This document shows, in pieces, positions 61,403-64,000 of a stretch of 64,000 nucleotides of DNA. The stretch spans positions 479,485 to 543,484 of the forward strand of contig MU053352.1 of the NCBI GenBank assembly GCA_013239625.1. The letters run 5' to 3'. The notes below the pieces were generated by a model. That model did no database searches, had not been told where the DNA came from, and saw only the letters and a program-made list of their open reading frames with translations. How positions within the stretch are numbered: the stretch's first letter is position 1; every line of letters begins with the position of its first letter. The DNA is from Lama guanicoe (lineage: Eukaryota). Both the position numbers and the translations under genes were made by a program.

Positions 61403-62004
61403 GTATGGGATTATAATCCAAAGTATAAATAATAAATATCTATGAGTCCATACTGGTGTAAACGACTGATTAATAAATCCATGGGGAGAAGAGACAAATC
61501 TGTTTAGCGTTCCAAATGATTTATACAGATACTCTGTCCACAAGGAAGGGGAACATAAGTGCCCACTACTTAGATGTGGGCTCTGCATAGTGACTTCCTT
61601 CTAAAGAGTACAGAGTGTGTGGAGGGGGAGGCGGGTAGCGACACTGGAGAACCCTGAAAACACTCTCTTAGCCAGGTGATCTAGGTCAGCTTCAACAGTG
61701 ATAAGCCATGTGGACAGTATGTACCCTAGATATGATGTGATAAAAAGGTATTTGCCTCTGTGGTCCTCCTCCCACAAACCCAGAACCTTGGTCTAATTAT
61801 GAGAAAAGCATCAGACAAATCCCAGTAGAGGGACATTCTGCAAAACACCTGATAGGTCCTCCTCAAAACTGTCAAGGTTATCAAAAACATGGAGAGTCTG
61901 AGAAACTGTCACAGCCAAGCGGAGCCTAGGGAGACATGACAATTCAATGTAATGTGGTGTCCTGGATCGGATCTAGGACATTAGGAAAAAATTAAGGAAA
62001 TCCT

Positions 62005-62150
62005 GGGGGGGAGGGTATAGCTCAAGCGGTAGGTCACATGCTTAGCATGCATAAGGTCCTGTGCACCAGATCCTAGGTTCAATCCCCAGTACCCTGTCTA
62101 AATAAATGAACCTAATTACCTCCTCCAGTCCAAAAAGAAAATTAAAGAAA
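62005..62150 (+). mobile_element. tRNA-derived SINE with a short internal duplication
   Basis: gggggggagggtatagctcaag...tgcataaggtcctg tgcaccagatccta ggttcaatccccagtacc. Confidence 0.85.
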
Positions 62151-62929
62151 ATACATTTGAAAAAATGAAGAAGTTTATATTGCATAGCACAGGGAACTAT
62201 ATTCAGTATCTTGTAGTAGCTTATGGTGAAAAAGAATATGAAAATGAATATACGTATAGCTATGCAGGACTGAAGCACTGTGCTGTACACCAGAAATTGA
62301 CACAACATTGTAAACTGACGATATCTCAATTTAAAAAATCAGAAAATTAAAAATTAAAAAAATGAAGAAATCTGAAACATGGACGTTAATGATGTTAGCA
62401 TCAATACTGTTCATCCATTTAATAAATGTATCATATTAATGTAAGACGTTTGTAATAGGGAAAACTGGAAAACTGGGAATCAAGTATATGGGAATTCTCC
62501 CTATGCGATCTCTTTTCTTTTCTTTTAGATAAATCTAAAATGATCCTAAAAATTAAAGTCTACATTTCAAAAATCCTATACATACATGCAGTTATATTTA
62601 TTCACAGACATGTGCATGAGTGCAGATTTAATTTTTTCCTTATTACAAAATTCAGTACAGAAACTTAAATCTTCAAGACAGAAAACATGGATGTGCAAAC
62701 AGAAGAAACTGAAAATCACACATAATCCTACCACTTAGCATTTATACATGTAGCTTGTAAACATTTTTCTCTGCATTTACTTTTTCTTCTAGACAAAATT
62801 GGGAATCATTCTTTTTTGGGTGGGGCAGGAAGTGGGAATCATTCTCTATACCAGTTTTGTACCCTTTATTTCTTTGAACTCAATATTATATCATGAGCAC
62901 TTTTTCTCTTCATTAACAATTGTGGTTCT

Positions 62930-63021
62930 GGGGGTGGGTATAGCTGAGTGATAGAGTGCGTGCTTAGCATGCAGGAGGTCCTGGGTTCAAGTCCCAGTAC
63001 CTCCATTAAAATAAACAAACA
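62930..63021 (+). mobile_element. tRNA-derived SINE with 15-bp TSD
   Basis: AACAATTGTGGTTCT at 62915-62929 and 63022-63036. Confidence 0.92.
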
Positions 63022-63519
63022 AACAATTGTGGTTCTTCAGAATCTCTGTGGAGAAAAACTTCTGGAGTTCAACTCTCCATCAAACAGGTATTTCCCGAGC
63101 ACCTGCTCTGTGCTACAACCAGAAGCCAACCCAACACACTCCCTGGCCAAGTGGAGTTGACACTCTCGTGGGGGAGGTAGGGAAAAACACTAAACACAAA
63201 TCAACACAGGACCACAGTTGGAAGAAGCGTTGTGATGAAATAAAGAGGGTACAGTGATAGAAACAAAACTCTGGGTGGGATTTGTTAGGGTTGTCAGGGG
63301 AGGCCTCCAAATGGAGGTGGCATTTAAGCTGAGACCTGAGGCCGGGGTTTGGCTTTGGAACTGGCAGGGAAATCGTCTTTAAGAGTGGATCTGGAACATG
63401 GTGAGGTCCCGCCCAAACCAGCTGCATCACTGGAGCCAGAACACGTTTCCTAGTTCCCAACACGTCATTGAAAGCTCTCTGCCCTTGACCGCTGCTGTCT
63501 AGTGTGGGCTGCACTGTGC

Positions 63520-63900
63520 TGAGGAGGGACAGCCACGCCTGTGCCACAGATGTGCAATCTAGACAGTCTCACTGGCCTCTCCCCTAAAGGGCCTCCCTCA
63601 CCTTGGAGTTTAATGCTCTGCTGTCACCATCTTGAAATTCTTAATAGTTTATCTCAGAGCTGGTGTTTTGTAAGAGAAAGCCCACGGGCAGTGGGGCAGA
63701 GGAGATAAGAACATGCGTTTGCTCACGTAAAGGGACATATTCTGACACACCGACTATGGTCCCAGCATTGTCAGTGTCCATGAACACACTTCCAGCGGCC
63801 CCCCCACGGCGTGGGAGCTCAGAGAGACGCAAAGTAAGTGTGAGGTGAAGGGCTACTCTGAGACGGGGTGAGGACACAGCCCTGAGAGGCCGTGCCTTCC
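63520..63900 (+). mobile_element. MER45-like hAT-Tip100 remnant
   Basis: aagggcc...tttaatgctctgctgtcaccatcttgaaattcttaata resembles the MER45 5' end as I recall it. Confidence 0.5.
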
Positions 63901-64000
63901 ACTCGACTTGGAATTTGCTTGAAGGCAGAGAGAAAGCACTAATATATACAAAGGATGAATGACCAGAGAACCTTATCAGACTTTCCTCCTCACGTGCCTT

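Larger units (their letters stand above)
55800..62570 (+). mobile_element. Mosaic of old L1 fragments (3' ends, ORF1/5' remnants at ~58.0-59.4 kb, L1MC-like at 61.2-62.5 kb) with younger nested inserts
   Basis: caaatgtctatgaactgaagaatggataaataaaatgtg, acagatccaagaaactcagcaaaacctcaagtaggataaa, gcaaaggatatgaacaggcaattc; younger L1 tails at ~56810-57125 and ~62165-62340. Confidence 0.8.

Noticed and set aside
18158..63021. Many tRNA-like sequences (TAGCTCAGTGGTAGAG...GGTTCAATCCCC)
   Set aside because: They have AT-rich tails, TSDs and scattered divergence, so they are SINEs rather than tRNA genes.
1..64000. CRISPR array, prokaryotic operon or new multi-gene system
   Set aside because: No regularly spaced repeats; all convincing coding sequence is explained by two known spliced mammalian genes.

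Overview
Mammalian genomic DNA, most likely a camelid, judged from about 13 copies of a tRNA-derived SINE resembling the Vic-1 family and the absence of Alu. The window holds two convergent, tail-to-tail genes. (1) EIF4ENIF1 (4E-T, eIF4E transporter and P-body scaffold) on +: 17 coding exons from 4579 to the stop at 30215, 2862 nt in total, open when spliced at GT-AG sites. The first ~32 codons lie upstream of the window. (2) A complete DRG1 (OBG-family GTPase) on -: 9 exons, 52105 to 34937, 1104 nt = 367 aa + stop, with a CpG-island promoter at ~51.9-52.6 kb. The rest is intronic or intergenic DNA rich in L1, L2, MIR, MaLR, MER and SINE remnants, plus a 7SL retrocopy. I found no evidence of a new multi-gene system. 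The most notable signals are a 42-nt motif duplicated ~200 nt downstream of two DRG1 donors, a 7SL retrocopy carrying extra 3' sequence, a young sense-oriented L1 tail in DRG1, several candidate alternative or poison splice events in EIF4ENIF1, and Pumilio elements between two poly(A) signals. Exon numbering follows my recollection of the human genes. Repeat family names and boundaries are by eye and approximate.
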